The translations under genes were made by a program, and so were the position numbers. The notes beneath the pieces are model-generated. The model worked only from the letters and a program-made list of their open reading frames with translations, made no database searches and was not told where the DNA came from. DNA of 64,000 nucleotides, taken from Mytilus edulis (lineage: Eukaryota). Where the stretch lies: the NCBI RefSeq assembly GCF_963676685.1, contig NC_092352.1:33480001-33544000 (forward strand), given 5' to 3'. Below, in pieces: positions 1 through 14,307 of this stretch (positions within the stretch are counted from its first letter, which is position 1; every line of letters begins with the position of its first letter).

Positions 1-688
1 TTGAGTAAAAGCGTCAGGTATTAGCTGGATTCAATCAACATTTTTGACTAATTATTTCATTTACTAATTATGCAATTGTAGTTGTCCATATATAAGTTAG
101 ATCACATATGTATATCATGACAATGTCACAATTTCGATTTAGTGGCAATATGTGTTAGTGTTCGTACACATGCATATGTAAATGTTAGCCATGTTATTCA
201 TTCTGAAAGTGTTAAATATTTCATGCTTTCCATATATGTAACAGGATTATTTCAGGAAACGAATTATTATTTTTTTCATCAATTTCGTTTATAGCATTAG
301 TATTGTTGCTACATTGAGGTGGTCGAACTTTAAAAAAGAATCTTAAAACTAAATTTCCTTCTTAGTCTGCATTGCGAGCTAGTATGATCATTTAATGAGA
401 TCTGTGGCTTAAAGACATTTAAAGTATACAGTACACATAATGCAGTATTTGTAACAGTAAACATTAATAGATAAAAACAGAACTTTGAATCAAATAGTCT
501 TAAACCTGAAGCTGCCCATTTTAATCAAGTATCGAAGTAACAAGTATTAGACGTGTGATTCTAAAAACTTTTATTCCCTTTTAATTCATATGTCCAAATA
601 ATTTCCTTCGATTTTATTTTTTCACTTATTTCTAACGGTTTAAATGTTCAAAGACTTCTTGTTGTTTATACACAGTATTTAAACTTAC

Positions 689-3600
689 CGCCTGGTTGAG
701 TGATAACATATTGACTTTTGGCAACAACAAACAATATAAGAGCAATAACCATGCTAACTAATGGGATCAGAAAACCAATCTCGAAGCTGATGTTCTGTTG
801 AATATATGCAACACCAGAGTATGCAACCAAAGCACCAGCGTTAATAAACCAGTAAAACCTATATAAAACGTGCATAATAGTTAAACAATTCTGTTAAACA
901 CGTTCTTTATGGATGGATTGTAATTGCATGCTAATTCTTAAAGGTTGCATGCTAATTATTAAAGGTGACATGCTAATTTAAAAGGTGGCATGCTAATTCT
1001 GAAAGGTGACATGCTAGTTTAAAAGGTGGCATGCTAATTCTGAAAGGTCGCATGCCAATTCTTAAAGGTTACATGCAACTGCAGTAATATATTGATGCTG
1101 AAAAAGACGATATAGTTAATTATCAGTATCTTGCAATCAATTATAATGGTCTTTAATCCCTCCTAATATTTTGTCAAGAATTTAGTTAAGTGTACCCAAG
1201 TAGAAGAGATATAATGTTTCAAATTTTTTATTTTGCCGAGTTGTTATTTAGATTTATGCTGTAGTGGAATTGCACTGGACATGTCGTCAAAATTTCTAAA
1301 TATCATCGAATGATTTTCTGGCTAAATATCAGGAATCTAATAAAAAAGGGAACCACTTTTTGCAAAATTTAAAGGTTTCCTTTTCGTATATCGTTCATTT
1401 ATGCTCATTGAACGCCCATTCATTAAAATATATGAACAAATATGCAATACCAAAACCTTACTAAACTGCGCCAGAAAGTTTGTTTTACAAACTGTCTGCC
1501 CAATTTAGGCCTAATTTGCTCGTACTTTGGGTTTTACAGATATTTGATTTAAGATTTGAAGCAATATAATACATCGACAGACTACTATAATTCATAAACT
1601 TATCAAAATCAATAAAAAAAAAAAGCGTAAAAAGGCAATGTACGGCTGAGCTAGTACCGAAATTATAATGAAAAAAAAACATGGACGCAATCGAAAAGCA
1701 AAGAAATAATACTTGACCAGCGTTTCATCATTTACCAATTAAAAAATGACTGCACTGCTTCGGGTCCCATGTCGTCCACCTGCTGTGCTCCGAACGGTCC
1801 AACGTTTGCTTTTATCCCTCCGGTCCCAAGAGCAATAAATACCAAACCAGAAAAAAAGAAATTTTTCCTGGTTTCCTAAATATGATAATCAAAATTATTA
1901 ATAAATGTTTTGCAACACTGCAATAAATAGGATGTGATTTCGGTAACAATTGACAGATTTTCAAATCAGAAAACGTTCGAAATTTTTTTGTGATTTTTTT
2001 AAAATATAAAAATTAAGACAGATAGGCTAATTGATAACAAATTAATTTTTAACAGACTCTTTCATTTTGCTCACTTTTAGTGACGTATTTTTAGAATTAC
2101 TGATTTACAGATATATGTTGTGATCATAGTTCAGACTTTTTTGCCTCGTTCATTATTTCACCATATGAATTTTATCATCGGAACTTTACTTGTCATAAGT
2201 AAAATGACGGTGTCACCAATGATACAGAAACTCGGTACCATTCTAGAGCACGTGAGTTTTCCGCTATTCATTCCGTTGCTTTGTTTTATGTTTAGTTTTA
2301 ATTCTGTAGTGAGTATTGTACTCTGTTGTTTTCATCTTTTTATTCAACCATAGTGTTGTCTGTCTTATGACTTTTCTGACTTATGGTTTCTAATCGGCTT
2401 AATTTTTCTGTTTTCTATTTATATAGGTCTTGTCCAATTTTATTTTAACGAAACGAATCAAATTGACAACATACCACAGTCATGTCATAACTAGCCCCCT
2501 CATCATCTTGTCCAAACCATTTACTGTAATCCACTGCTGAAGCTGGTAGCAAAAACAACCCTGAAGCAAAAATATTTTTATTTTCGTCAGTTTTCTTTTT
2601 AAAATGTTTAATGCAGAGTAGGATAACTGTTTTAATCGATGTAACATTTTTGTGAGACTAATGAGACAAAATATAGATTGCAAATTGTTTTGTCTCGATA
2701 AGTTTCATGTGTCCAAAAAAATTAAAATGATAGAGTTTTTTCCACGGGTGATTTGATGCTTAGTTTCTAATGTTTTCATTTCGTTTGCGACTTGACCTTT
2801 GTTTTTTAAGAGTATGATATTGGTATTGTATGGGTTCGATGTAGATATTGTACATGTGCATAGTCAGTAGTATAGATTACCAAAGTTGGGAGTTTCACTG
2901 TTATATTGTTGGAGGTTTAGTGCTGCTGAACCAGGTTTCTTTATACATATACCAACCAGGAGCATGATCACGTTCATACTGTTAACCACTTGGTGGTGTT
3001 TATTCTTATGTTTTATATATGCTGCGATCTGTACCTAATTTATACTAGTACCGATTTTATTGTTTATAAACGTGGATAGAGATAAATCTGGTTTCTAAGT
3101 ACTTGTATAGTCAGGAATATGGCTGTTGCGTTATTTGCTATATTTGTTTTATATAGTTTCTCGATATTCATGCTTTAAAATAATCTATGAGTAAAGTATT
3201 TTTATGCACCAAGTTAAGTCAAATAAGTGATGTTATAAGTGAACCGAATCAAAATCGTGTTTATATTCGTATTCAGAGTTACTTCAATGCAAGCTTTGGA
3301 AATGAGAAAACGCAGCTACACTTAAATGTAAAGGAAACGTTATTTGTAAGAAACTAAGCTGTAAATCTTAGTTCGGTCATTGCTTACCCAACAAGTAAAT
3401 GAGTCCAGCACCAAGAATAGTATTGTATTTTCCTGCTATGGTGTCTGCTATATATCCTCCAAACACTGGTATGATAAACACCGTTCCTGTAAAACATATC
3501 AATGTTCTTATACTTTATTTCCCGTGTTACTCTTCAAAAACTAAATGAAATTGCTAGCACAAACGATATTGAATGAATGAATGAATCTTTATTGCAGAAG

Positions 3601-5843
3601 CATAGACATGCTATGGCAAAATTAACAACATATATTACATAATATAAAACATGAATAGACAGCAAAGAAAAATAGTATAATACAATGACATGACTCCACC
3701 AGACCGCACACGTAAACGCACAGATGAATAAATAGAATTTACCATTGATACGAATTTTCTGCTAACTCCACATTTGAGAAGTTTGTATATCAAAATTCTT
3801 CTGTCTACCTTATCAAACGCCCTTCGGAAGTCTTCGAAGCCACAGTATAATTTTAATTTATGCCGAAGAGTATGCGAAATAATTCCATGTAGTGTAAATA
3901 TAGCGTCAACAGTAGACCGTCCTGGCTGGAATCCAAATCGGTTGTCTATTATATGATTTTCGTCCTGAGACCACGCTAACAAACGGTCAGTTAGAATACT
4001 AGTGAACAACTTTGACAGGATGCTTACTATGTTATGGGTCTATAATTAATCGGACTCGTAAGATCACCACTTTTAGGAACAGGAATAACTAAACATTCAG
4101 TCCAATTTTCTGGATATACTCCGATAGCAAATATCGAGTTGAACAAAGTTTTTAAAATAGGTGCGAAAAATGAAGGACATGACGAAAACATCTCACCTAC
4201 AATTTCATCGTTACCTGCACTTTTCCCGGATTTAAGTCTCTTTAGTGCTTTAATAATTTCGTCTTCAGAGATGTCTGTATCTAATAAGTCTATATTTACA
4301 CCATCAAAATAAGTGTTGCTTAAAAGATCTAACACTGCATCAGATAGCTCGGGTGGGTTCATACCAAGAACATTTTCAAAATATCTAAACATTGCTTCGT
4401 TGTCCGCTACACACTTTGATTTGTTTTTCTGTTTTAAGGTTGACCAAAATTTCTTTGGATTCGTTTTTGCAATACTACAAAGTTCCAGACATTTTTCCCT
4501 CTTAAAATTGTACTGGGCTTTTCGTTTCTCTTTATTGTAAGAATTTCTAGCAATTACGTATTCACTCCTGTTTGCATCCGTTTGGTGACGTAGAAAAAAG
4601 TTTCTTGTGACATGAAATGTTTTTTCGGGCGTTATTGCAATATTCATCGAACCATTCATTATTCGGACGATTTTGACGATCTATGTTTTTATTAATAGAA
4701 ACTAAGTGTCCAAACACTTTGAAAGCGCTATCATAAATAAGACGAATTATCTTGTATATTATATGGTAAATACCAAGGTTGCTTCAACTTCTACGTCAGC
4801 TTCAGACCAAGTTGACCATCGAAGGTTTTGCCTTACTTGTTTAGGCACCTTCGGTCTTTTTAATATAGGTTGTCAAAAGGTAAGAATTTTTGACCTTCTT
4901 TACTTTTGGTCATTATAAATGCATAACACGCGTTGTATGCATAGAAATCATATGTGAATAACTCTCCTTCTTGGTAGTCTTGTTTTGTTTATTAATAAGA
5001 GTAATTTTACGAGTTGGCGCTATTGTAAAAATTTATAAAGAAAAGAAAATTAAGAAGCGCCGTTAGTATTCAGTTTTGATGTGATAAATTCATTAATGTA
5101 GGGATAAACATTATGTAGCTGCTTCGTTTTTATCAATCGCCATCGAAAGCAAACACCAAAACAAAACAAAAGCTTAACAGAAACAACAATAAAATAGGCA
5201 TGCATTAAAGGTATGCCATTTTCCTCCTTATATTTTTTCAAAAGACGTTTAAACCTATGATATCAAGTGTAAACAATTTACACTTAAATATTTCCATATC
5301 TAACTTGTATTCAGAAAGACATTTTTCAGTTGCTAACTTTTACGTGCATGTAAATAAACTATTGATAGACAAGATAACACGTAACATCCTTCTAGACATA
5401 ATAAGAAAAGAGGGCTTTAACCTAATAAAGGTCAAATGCGTAAATGAAAAGTAAGTTAATTAGTATATCTACTGGTAATGTTTTATTCTAAAAAAAGTAT
5501 TTTCCTTCTTTCTTCAAAAAGTGATTGAAAAAAAAGAAAAATCCTTAAATTTCATAATGCCCATTCTTACCTGAAAAGATGAGACTGACCGTTGTAGCAG
5601 TACTGGTTGGTAGCTCCAATTTGGATGTACAGTACAAAACAAGATTAGCAACACAACTGTAGTAAGTTAGTCTCTCACACAATTCACACATGAGAATGCA
5701 TACTACCACCAGCAGCTTATTTTTTGTCATTCCTTTTTTCTCAGGAATTTCCTGATGTTCCAACCCGTTCATGTCTGATTTCTCCATACTGTCAACACCA
5801 AGTAATGGAGTTTTTTCGTCTGAGGTCTCAGGTGGATGGTTAC
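689..5843 (-). CDS. SLC15/POT proton-coupled oligopeptide transporter (SLC15A4-like), 5' part; continues past the window start
   Basis: Five phase-compatible GT-AG exons: 5843-5571, 3486-3388, 2560-2475, 1875-1736, 858-689. Motifs ELCERLTYY (ExxERxxYY), [23 protein letters not shown] and FFNWFYW. The first in-frame ATG is at 5787, but the frame stays open to an acceptor at 5843 and encodes DEKTPLL, so the true start may be in an unlocated upstream exon. Confidence 0.9.
926..1078. repeat. Minisatellite, ~20-21 bp unit (GCATGCTAATTCTTAAAGGT-like), ~7-8 copies
   Basis: Visible tandem copies of catgctaatt...aaaggt in an SLC15 intron. Confidence 0.85.
3570..4665 (-). mobile_element. Truncated, internally deleted non-LTR retrotransposon (LINE ORF2 fragment)
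   Basis: ORFs 4027-4659 ([29 protein letters not shown]) and 3635-4009 ([22 protein letters not shown]) are RT-proximal LINE sequence. The RT stops abruptly, followed by AATAAA and a (TTCA)n tail at ~3570-3595. Confidence 0.88.
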
Positions 5844-6904
5844 CTGATAAAAGATATCGTCAGTGTATTGCTACCCGAAGACGAGGTACGTAAGGGTGTC
5901 AACAAAACTGATAACAGTTAAAAGTACTAAACTGTCGTCTTATCATCTATAGTAGTTATTTCATTTGATTTGTTACCTTTATCATGAAATTCTTTCTTCT
6001 ATAAATAATTATCAGTGTCGGCAAGATAAAAAAAAACTCGCACAGTTTTACTATGATGTGTAGACCAATTTTCATATTCAAAGTATGCCTTTAAATTCTG
6101 TTTGCATTAAGCTTTCTAGTTACAGTTTATGTTAGCAGCAATTGTTGAAGTGTATTGTTTTACAAATGTAAATTTGCTAAATTTGCATTCTGAACGATGA
6201 AGTTTGCCAAACAACGCCTCTACAGAGGTGGCCTGTTTGACTGCGCGGGATGTATAAATACGCAGGTCCATTCTGATTGAATTTTAAGCGATAAAGACCC
6301 TCCCCTTTCCCCAAAAAATGTATTGAGGAAAAACACAAATCCATGAATGAAAGTTAAATGATTCAGTTCATGAACATCTGCACCAAGACCAATTTTATTC
6401 ATATATTGAAAACATAAGAGATGAAGTGTTTGAATTTACAGAAGGACAGTGAAATGGACATCTCTGTACGCATTATGGGTCGATCTGTTATTAATGTTTA
6501 ATCATACGTATACTCTCAATTTAGGATCAACAGTTAAGGTCACTGTTCTTTTATTTGGCTCTTTGTTGGATGCTCCAAACATAGATAGGGTAGGTTCATG
6601 ATTAGCATCGATGGTATCAGAAAACCATTAGACAGTACTTTGATAACAGTATATTGTTTTGGGATTTCTGTGTTACCCTTATACGTCTGTATGTTCGTCC
6701 ATACGTCCCACAATTAGTTCCAGTTCTCTCGCTTTTGCCTCAGCCAAAGGTTGTGAACTTATACACAATACTTATAACAAAAAATACAGATCAAGTGTTC
6801 CGAATTGGGATTGCGTCACTTTTACCGATAGTGGGTTATGTTATTTTATTATAATGTTATATGAAAGCAGGGCATCGTTTGTGTACCATGGACACATTGT
6901 CCGT

Positions 6905-7103
6905 GTATTTAAATTCATTATGTTTTCCTATTTGAATGGTTTTACACTTCACTTTGGGGGTCTTTAGTAGCTCGTTGTTTGGTGTGAGTCAAGGCTCCGT
7001 GTTGAAGACTGTACTTTGACCTAAGTTATATTGGTTTACTTTTTACAAAGTGTGACTTGGATGGAGAGTTTTCTCATTGGCACTCATACCACATCTTCCT
7101 ATA
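6905..7103. repeat. Dispersed ~190-bp repeat (SINE/LINE-tail-like)
   Basis: Near-identical copy at ~7826-8015 and an inverted copy at ~49735-49860 (gtgacttggatggagag...ctcattggcactcataccacatcttc). Related ends at ~26985 and ~57760. Confidence 0.7.
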
Positions 7104-7510
7104 CCTAGTATATTTTGTTAATCTCACTAAAAGCAATAAAACGATGAACACTAGATACACTATACATTTGTAATGTGAATCAATCGGTATACATATGAAT
7201 CAATCGATCGGTATACATGTAATACTGTCACACAAACTTACCAGACATCTTGGTTTCTTTTTGATGTTTCTGGAGATGTTTTTAATCAACTGGTTACTAT
7301 TATGTATTGCATTTATCTTTCCATATCATACTGTATTGAATAAACTAAATAAAAAAAAAACAATGCAAAATTGTCAACTAAAGCAAAACAAATCCTGGCG
7401 GATACAAGATAACTGAAATATCGATTGTGACATGTATATATGCTATCCAAGAACATGTTGTTGAGTGGTTCTCGTTTGTTGATGTGGTTCATTAGTGATT
7501 CTCGTTTCTC

Positions 7511-7816
7511 GTTTTTATGCCCCATTTATGGGCATTATGTTTTCTGGTCTGTGCGTCCGTTCGTCCGTTCGTTCGTCCGTCCGTTCGTCTGTTCCGCTTC
7601 AGGTTGAAGTTTTTGGCCAAGGTAGTTTTTGATGAAGTTGAAGTCCAATCAACTTGAAACTTAGTACTCATCTTCCATAGTGTACATGTTCCCTATGATA
7701 TGATATTTCTAATTTTAATGCCAAATAAGAGATTTGTCTCCATTTTCACGGTCAACTGAACATAGAAAATGATAGTGCGGGTGGGGCATCCGTGTACTGG
7801 GGACACATTTTTGTTT
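7511..7816 (+). mobile_element. Non-autonomous Helentron-type (HINE/DINE-like) element
   Basis: T-rich 5' end with short inverted repeat (atgccc...gggcat), (GTCC/GTTC)n microsatellite, 3' ggggcat plus a short hairpin. An inverted copy lies at 13761-14036. Confidence 0.7.
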
Positions 7817-10019
7817 AAATATAAATTAGACCGTTGGTTTTCCTGTTTGAACGTTTTTTTCACTATCCACTTTGGGGGCCTTTGGAAGCTCGCTGTTTTG
7901 TGTGAGTCAAGGCTCCGTGTTGAAGGTTGTACTTTGACCTATATTGGTTTACTTTTTACAAAATGTGACTTAGATGGAGAGTTTTCTCATTGGTACTCAT
8001 ACCACATCTTCTTATATCTAAGAAAACGTAAAAGGATTATTTGTGCTAATAACTGATTCCTTATATTCTAAATGGTTTATATTGCGAAACGTTATTTGCA
8101 AGGAAATCATCCCCTGTAACTGTATTTTATTTATAAATTGTGGAAATTTTAAACCACTTGACACTGAATGTAAAACAACCCTCGTTTCTTTGATGGCTGT
8201 ATCTGTCATGTCTGTCCTCTCAAGTATAATTTTTATCAAGTTTGACAGCCGGGATGTATATAAACAGGTTATATTATGAAGCTGCGGCTAACACCCCCAG
8301 ATTCAATTAAATAAGTACTCGTCAAGAAGAGATAGACACTTTACCTTGGCTTCTTTTTTTCTGGTCCTTACCTAATCATCCTTTACAAGTTCTGATGAAG
8401 TTTTATTTTATCAATATTTGAATTTACATAATTTATATGAAATTGACAGAAAAAAAATACTAAACATTCACTACTCTATCGATTTTTGTATATCTTCATA
8501 AATGATCATAAATATAACGTACCAAATGCATATCTACATGAGTACAACTACTTATAATTTTGTAAAGCTTTGCATACTATGTGATGTAAAGACATACATC
8601 ATTAATCTACAAATTTTATACTTACTTCATTGTAACAAGTTTTGAAGAACATGTTCTAAAAGAGAGATAAATAAAAACCTTTTTGTAATATAGTTAATTT
8701 AATTAATTTGAAATTTGTATCTTAATATTTCTTCTAAACTTTGGATATACGTTTTATTATTTTCAAAATCAAATATAAGAATTTTAGTTAAATTGGTGAA
8801 CATGAACTTGACAGCTAATGCCCCTTTAAATAATGTAGGATTTTTTTCATCGATTACGTCATGGAACATATTAATTGAAACAAAATCGAAGTGCCACAAC
8901 GTAAGATATGTGTAAGAGACATAGCTTTACAAGAAAGGGCATAATACAATGTAATAGATTCTGAATAGCATATAAAGTAAGATGTTTATTCAATGATAAT
9001 CTGACCATTGTAGATTCTAAAAATAGTTTTTTTTAATTTGTTTTTTTTATTAATCTAAAACCCTTGTACTGCTATAAATCATTTCAATTTTAAATATAAC
9101 CGCCATAATTTGACCACTTTCACGTCCAGTGTCTATATTTTACTTTTGTTCAACGGTTAGTTTATTAAAATGATATTTATTTCTTATGCATATTTGTTTA
9201 GAAAATTTCATAAAAAAATAAAACAATTGTGAGAACACTTAAATTCGATTATTCTGTACCTTGAATTTTTCATCTTTGTTTTCCTTGACTTCTATACAAA
9301 CTTAACGTGCAGAATAACGTCTCGAATTAAACATGTTAAATGTTAGTATCCCCTTTTATGTTTTAAATTCGAATCAACAATAATTGTTTATGATTTGACA
9401 TTACCTTTTTACATTTTTTGCGGGGGTAGATAGTATTGAATAAAGTCTGTATCGTATTAAGTCACAATTATCGACACATGACTTATGAAAACATTGAAGT
9501 CACATGACTTCGTAAACAAACTGTTTCCTATCGTACTTTGCACAAAAAGTAAACTGAAAACCAGTAGGAGTTTTAATCTCAGTATATTTGATTATTATTC
9601 AATTTCCCAAATTAGAATTACACAGAATTCAATCTATAGTTTGTCAATAAATAAAATAAGTATTTCGGTCTGGTTAAACATATAACAATATATTATATAA
9701 AGATTAATATTATAATAATAGGGTTAGGAGTCTAGGGGATCTTATTAATTTCTGTATTCATTGAAAAAAAAATTAAAATCATTTTCTTTTATTATCCTTT
9801 GACAACTGAGTTTAATCTCTTTTCTTTATATCTTTTCATTCCATGAATCTTTGTTCTTCATACTTTTGATCCATTTCAAATATTTTTTTGTGTTGGACTG
9901 GTCATTTTCTGATATTAGGAGAATTGGAGGAAATATCAGAATTTCTATTTTCCTTCAAGTACGTAGATAGTAGATGTTTTTGTGTTCTGTTAACTTGATT
10001 CATTTTGTTCCTTTTAAAA

Positions 10020-10326
10020 TTGTTAAACGATGATGACTGATGTACCCATATTTTGACTATTATATTTATTGTGTCTGTTTATTTAACGCATCAATGTAAA
10101 AATATCGGAAATTGATGAGACTGTCATTAAAGTGAGAGGGTTAGCGCTATAGAACCAGGTTTAATCCACCATTTTCTACATTTGAAAATGCCTGTACCAA
10201 GTCAGGAATATGACAGTTTTTGTCCATTCGTTTTTGATGCGTTTTGTTATTTGATTTTGCATTGTGATTATGGACTTTCCCAATTGATCTTCCTCTAAGT
10301 TCAGTATTTTTGTGATTTTACTTTTT
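10020..10326. repeat. Dispersed repeat
   Basis: Shares gtgagaggg/tttagc...aatgcctgtaccaagtca.gaatatga with ~62840-63140. Confidence 0.65.
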
Positions 10327-11531
10327 CCACCTTGAAAAAAGGAAAATAAATTCAAGACCGCCCCTTTTCAAAATGTATAAAATTTCACCCCAACACATTT
10401 CAATACTTTTATTTAGTAATCCATTACAAAAGAAGTACATTCGTATACCATTTCCTTTCTATTTTTATTTTTCAATGAAAAGGTGCATCAGTATTGGAAA
10501 TAAAGCTTTCAGTGAGGAAGTTGTTTTCGATTACAAGGGACTTTGTTAAATATGCCTGGCATGGACACATTGACATTTACCAAACCATGATAATTCAATT
10601 TCGTTCATTGTTCCTATCCCTTATAAAAGAATTTGTTGAATTTACTTAAACTAAAAAATACTATCCTGGAAGAACACTTTGACCTTTAGTTTTTTTGAAA
10701 AGAACTGAGCCGAGCTGAGCGAGGCTAACATAAAAATAAATCCAGACAAAACATATATTTTCCTTTTTAGGGGAAGCGTTGGGTGAGGGTCGCCTGACTT
10801 TATATCTCTATGTTATAAAGGAAAATTATTCACGTTTAGCCGTTTACAAAATGCTACATTAGACTCCTAGATATCATAATTCTTAAACCATTGATATAGA
10901 TATACTCAATCACGAGTTTTGCGATTAATCATGGAAGGAAACAACTACATTGTATTGTTATCATCATCAGTGTTTTATTTCATGGAAAGGACTCCTTCCA
11001 AAAATGGCAAGCTATATTGATTTTACTATTAACACAACTGAAAGTTCCTTTGCTATCAATTTCTATTTTGTCTTGTTTATTTTTTAAGCAGAGTGAAACA
11101 TGGACGCAATTTTAATTAGGTGGTAAACCCAGAATCAAATACATCAGTGGCTCCTGATTTGAGTAAATAAAGGCGCATACAACTGTTTTTAAATAAAAGA
11201 GTTACTTACCGGTCACCCTTTTTTGAAATCTCAGTGGAATGACAAATGGTAAACACCAGTGAAAAAGACGTACCATTACAGATGTACATCAACTCTTTAA
11301 TATCGATGATATCATAAACAACAAAAGATATGAGTCAGATAGATAAAAAAGAAAAAGAAATCAAGAACTATAAACGCGTAAAAGAATGTATTAAAGTAAT
11401 AAACTGAAAGCAATATAAAATGTCCTGTAAGTTATTTTCATACAGTAACTCATAAATATGTATTGGTGGACAGTGTACAATGTCCTAGGTTAATTTTATA
11501 TTGAGTTTTCCTGCAAACCAAAGTTATTTTC

Positions 11532-13173
11532 CTAGAGACGTGATCTTATGTTTGCGCTTTTGTTCACACTGAATTTCTGTTTGAATTTAACAATATCTTT
11601 CATTTTGCGATAGTTATCATTGAATTTAGAAGCAACAATTGTAATTGGCATTGCTATTATTAGAAGACCACAAACAGCACATGCACCTCCTATTACTTTT
11701 CCAGGTGTTGATTTTGGAACAGTATCACCATATCCAACCGTTGTCATGGTAATAACGGACCACCATAGACCGGAAAACGTTGATGGAAATGCTGTTGGGT
11801 CTTCGAACTCCGAAAGAAATATGAAATTTGCAAACACTGTAGCCAAAAGTATGAAGCTGACAAATAATAGCAAAAGCTCTTTTATACTCTGTTTCAAGGT
11901 CAGCAGGAGGACACGTAGCTCAAAGTATTGACTATTAACACGCAAGAATCGAAGAATTCTCAACGAAACCATGCTATAGGATAAAATCCAAACCAAAATT
12001 ATCACATTAGATGCCGTTAAAAAATGGTCATACTTAAGTTCTATACCAAACCTAATCCAGATGGATATATTTAAAATAGCATCTAAAATATTTGACCAAC
12101 ATTTGGCGAATGTCTGTTTTGATGGGCAGGATATGAATCGCACAATGAATTCTATTGTAAAATATCCCATAAAGGCACGATCTAACTGATACCACCAATT
12201 TGGCATTCTCGTTGTTATAAATAAAACTTCCTTGGAACTGTTCACGTTGAAAGTTACTTCTCCAATTGCCAATTTTGATTCGTTGATTAGTGTGTCAAGG
12301 TCAAAAGCCTTCTCCCGAAACTCATGAACGGTAAACAAAAATGTCATGACAACCGAAAGAAGAACTATTAACAAGTACACTATACTGTAAGCCTGAAATA
12401 AGAAATATTTATCAAAACAATGCAAACCAATATTCAATATTGACCAACATTTTAAAAGTTGAGTAATAGTCTTATATATTTCTATTCATCTTCATAATTA
12501 TTAAAAACGATGATTTTTGTGTGTGTGTTAAATTCACAGCCGTGATAATGGCAGTATTCCGGTATACGGAAGAAGACGTTGTGTAAAGAATGGCAGATTT
12601 TTTTTGGTTAACATCTTAAAAGAATTGGACTCTCAGGAAAACTGTCGAATTTATATATGTACGAAAAGAATAATTCCTAGACTCTGAATGTATTATACTG
12701 TTTTTAGTTACCTTGGCAGCTCTAGATGAAAACGGTTCATTAAACAGCAACCACACCTGTTGTAGTCCACACTGTGTGTTACTGTTCGTATCGTCCTCTT
12801 TCAGATGGTTATTGGTAGTTCCGAATGCAAAGTGTATCTTTCGATACGCCTCTTGTTCATTATCGGAGTTCAGAAACCTGGATCTGCAACATTCAGCTAC
12901 ATGGAGGCATGGAATCCTCCAGAATTCTAGCTCCGCTTGAACAAGGGCACTGCAAACACTAGAGGATAGGTGAACGGTGTCATTTCGATAAAAATCTAGT
13001 ATTATATTGAAGAGTTCCGGATTTCTATTAAAATAAAAAAATCCTCTTTCCACAAAGTACTCTTCAGATTGAAAGTTGATTAATCCAAGCCGGGTTTCTG
13101 GATATTTTTTAAGAATGGACTTTTCTATCAAAAATGACGTACCTCCAATGTTTATTTCTAATAAATTATCCAT
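11532..13173 (-). CDS. Voltage-gated K+ channel subunit, Shaw/Kv3-like (~440 aa)
   Basis: Exons 13173-12712 and 12392-11532 with a phase-0 intron. T1 domain (INIGG, YPETRLG, FNRNP, HX5CX20CC), S4 LRILRFLR, pore WWSVITMTTVGYGD, S6 AMPITIV. Confidence 0.92.
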
Positions 13174-13760
13174 ACTGAATGATAGATGTTATGTGTTTTT
13201 TTTTTAATTTCTTTTCGCACTAGCTACCAATGGAAGTAGAAACACCAATTGCTAAGATTTCCCTGTGCACGTATATCTAGAATACCTGCATTTCTGCATA
13301 AGTATCAAATACCATTAAAAATAAACATCACTTTAGTTCAACTTGTTTTTTTCCTCCAGCGGGTATTAATTGATACTAGAAATGCAAATGAAACATACTT
13401 AAAATCCGATAAAACCACTTAATGACTATCATATTTTGTGACAATATTATTATAAAGCTTTTACTTTGAATGCTCCTGTGTGAAATGTTCATCATAATTT
13501 AACAATACATATTGTTTTGATATAATAACTTTTTGAGATGAACGATACAGTTTATTTGCCTAAGGTATTGAAAAAATTCATAAGCAAATAATCGATGTTG
13601 AAACAATATAATAAATTGTTACCTTATATAATCGTTTATTCGTGTGTATCAGAATTTGCCCTATTTTCTGAAATATGTCATTAGTCAAACACTAATACGC
13701 AAGACCGGATTTTGTAATTTTAAAACTATCTTGAGTAAATAATTTAAGTACTACATATTA

Positions 13761-14036
13761 AACAAGAATGTGTCCCCAGTACACCGATGCCCCATCCGCA
13801 CTATCATTTTCTATGTTCAGCGGACCGTGAAAATAGTAGAAAATCTCTAATTTGACATTAAATTTAGAAAGATCATATCATAGGGAACATGTACACTAAG
13901 TTTGAAGTTGATTAGACTTCAACTTCATCAAACACTAACTCAACCAAAATCTTCAACCTGAAGCGGGACCGACGGACGAACGAGCGAACGAACGGTACGA
14001 CCAGAAAACATAATGCCCAAAAATGGGGCATAAAAA
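13761..14036 (-). mobile_element. Helentron-type element, inverted copy of the 7511-7816 family
   Basis: Reverse-complement match throughout (aacaagaatgtgtccccagtacac...cataatgcccaaaatggggcataaaaa). A more degenerate copy is at ~17874-18225. Confidence 0.72.
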
Positions 14037-14307
14037 AGATATATTTGCTTCGAATAATCTGGAACCATCTGTGGAAAGTCAAAGTCATTCGATATTTACT
14101 AGATGTGTCTATGCTTAGTTACTATGACATTGAATTTAAACTGTGCATTTTAAACGGCGATTTATTATCTGGAAACCATTTTCTGCATATTTTTTCTTTT
14201 TGTGTGACCTTGACCTTAGTTATTCCACTCATTATACTTCATTATAAATTTAAAGTAAGTTTGCAACCTCAAGGTTTTGAGAATTACTGTTCATGTGGAC
14301 CCTTTAG

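Noticed and set aside
7511-14036. Inverted repeat pair flanking the K+ channel as a composite transposon
   Set aside because: The family is abundant (third copy near 17874) and there is no shared outer TSD; chance is sufficient.
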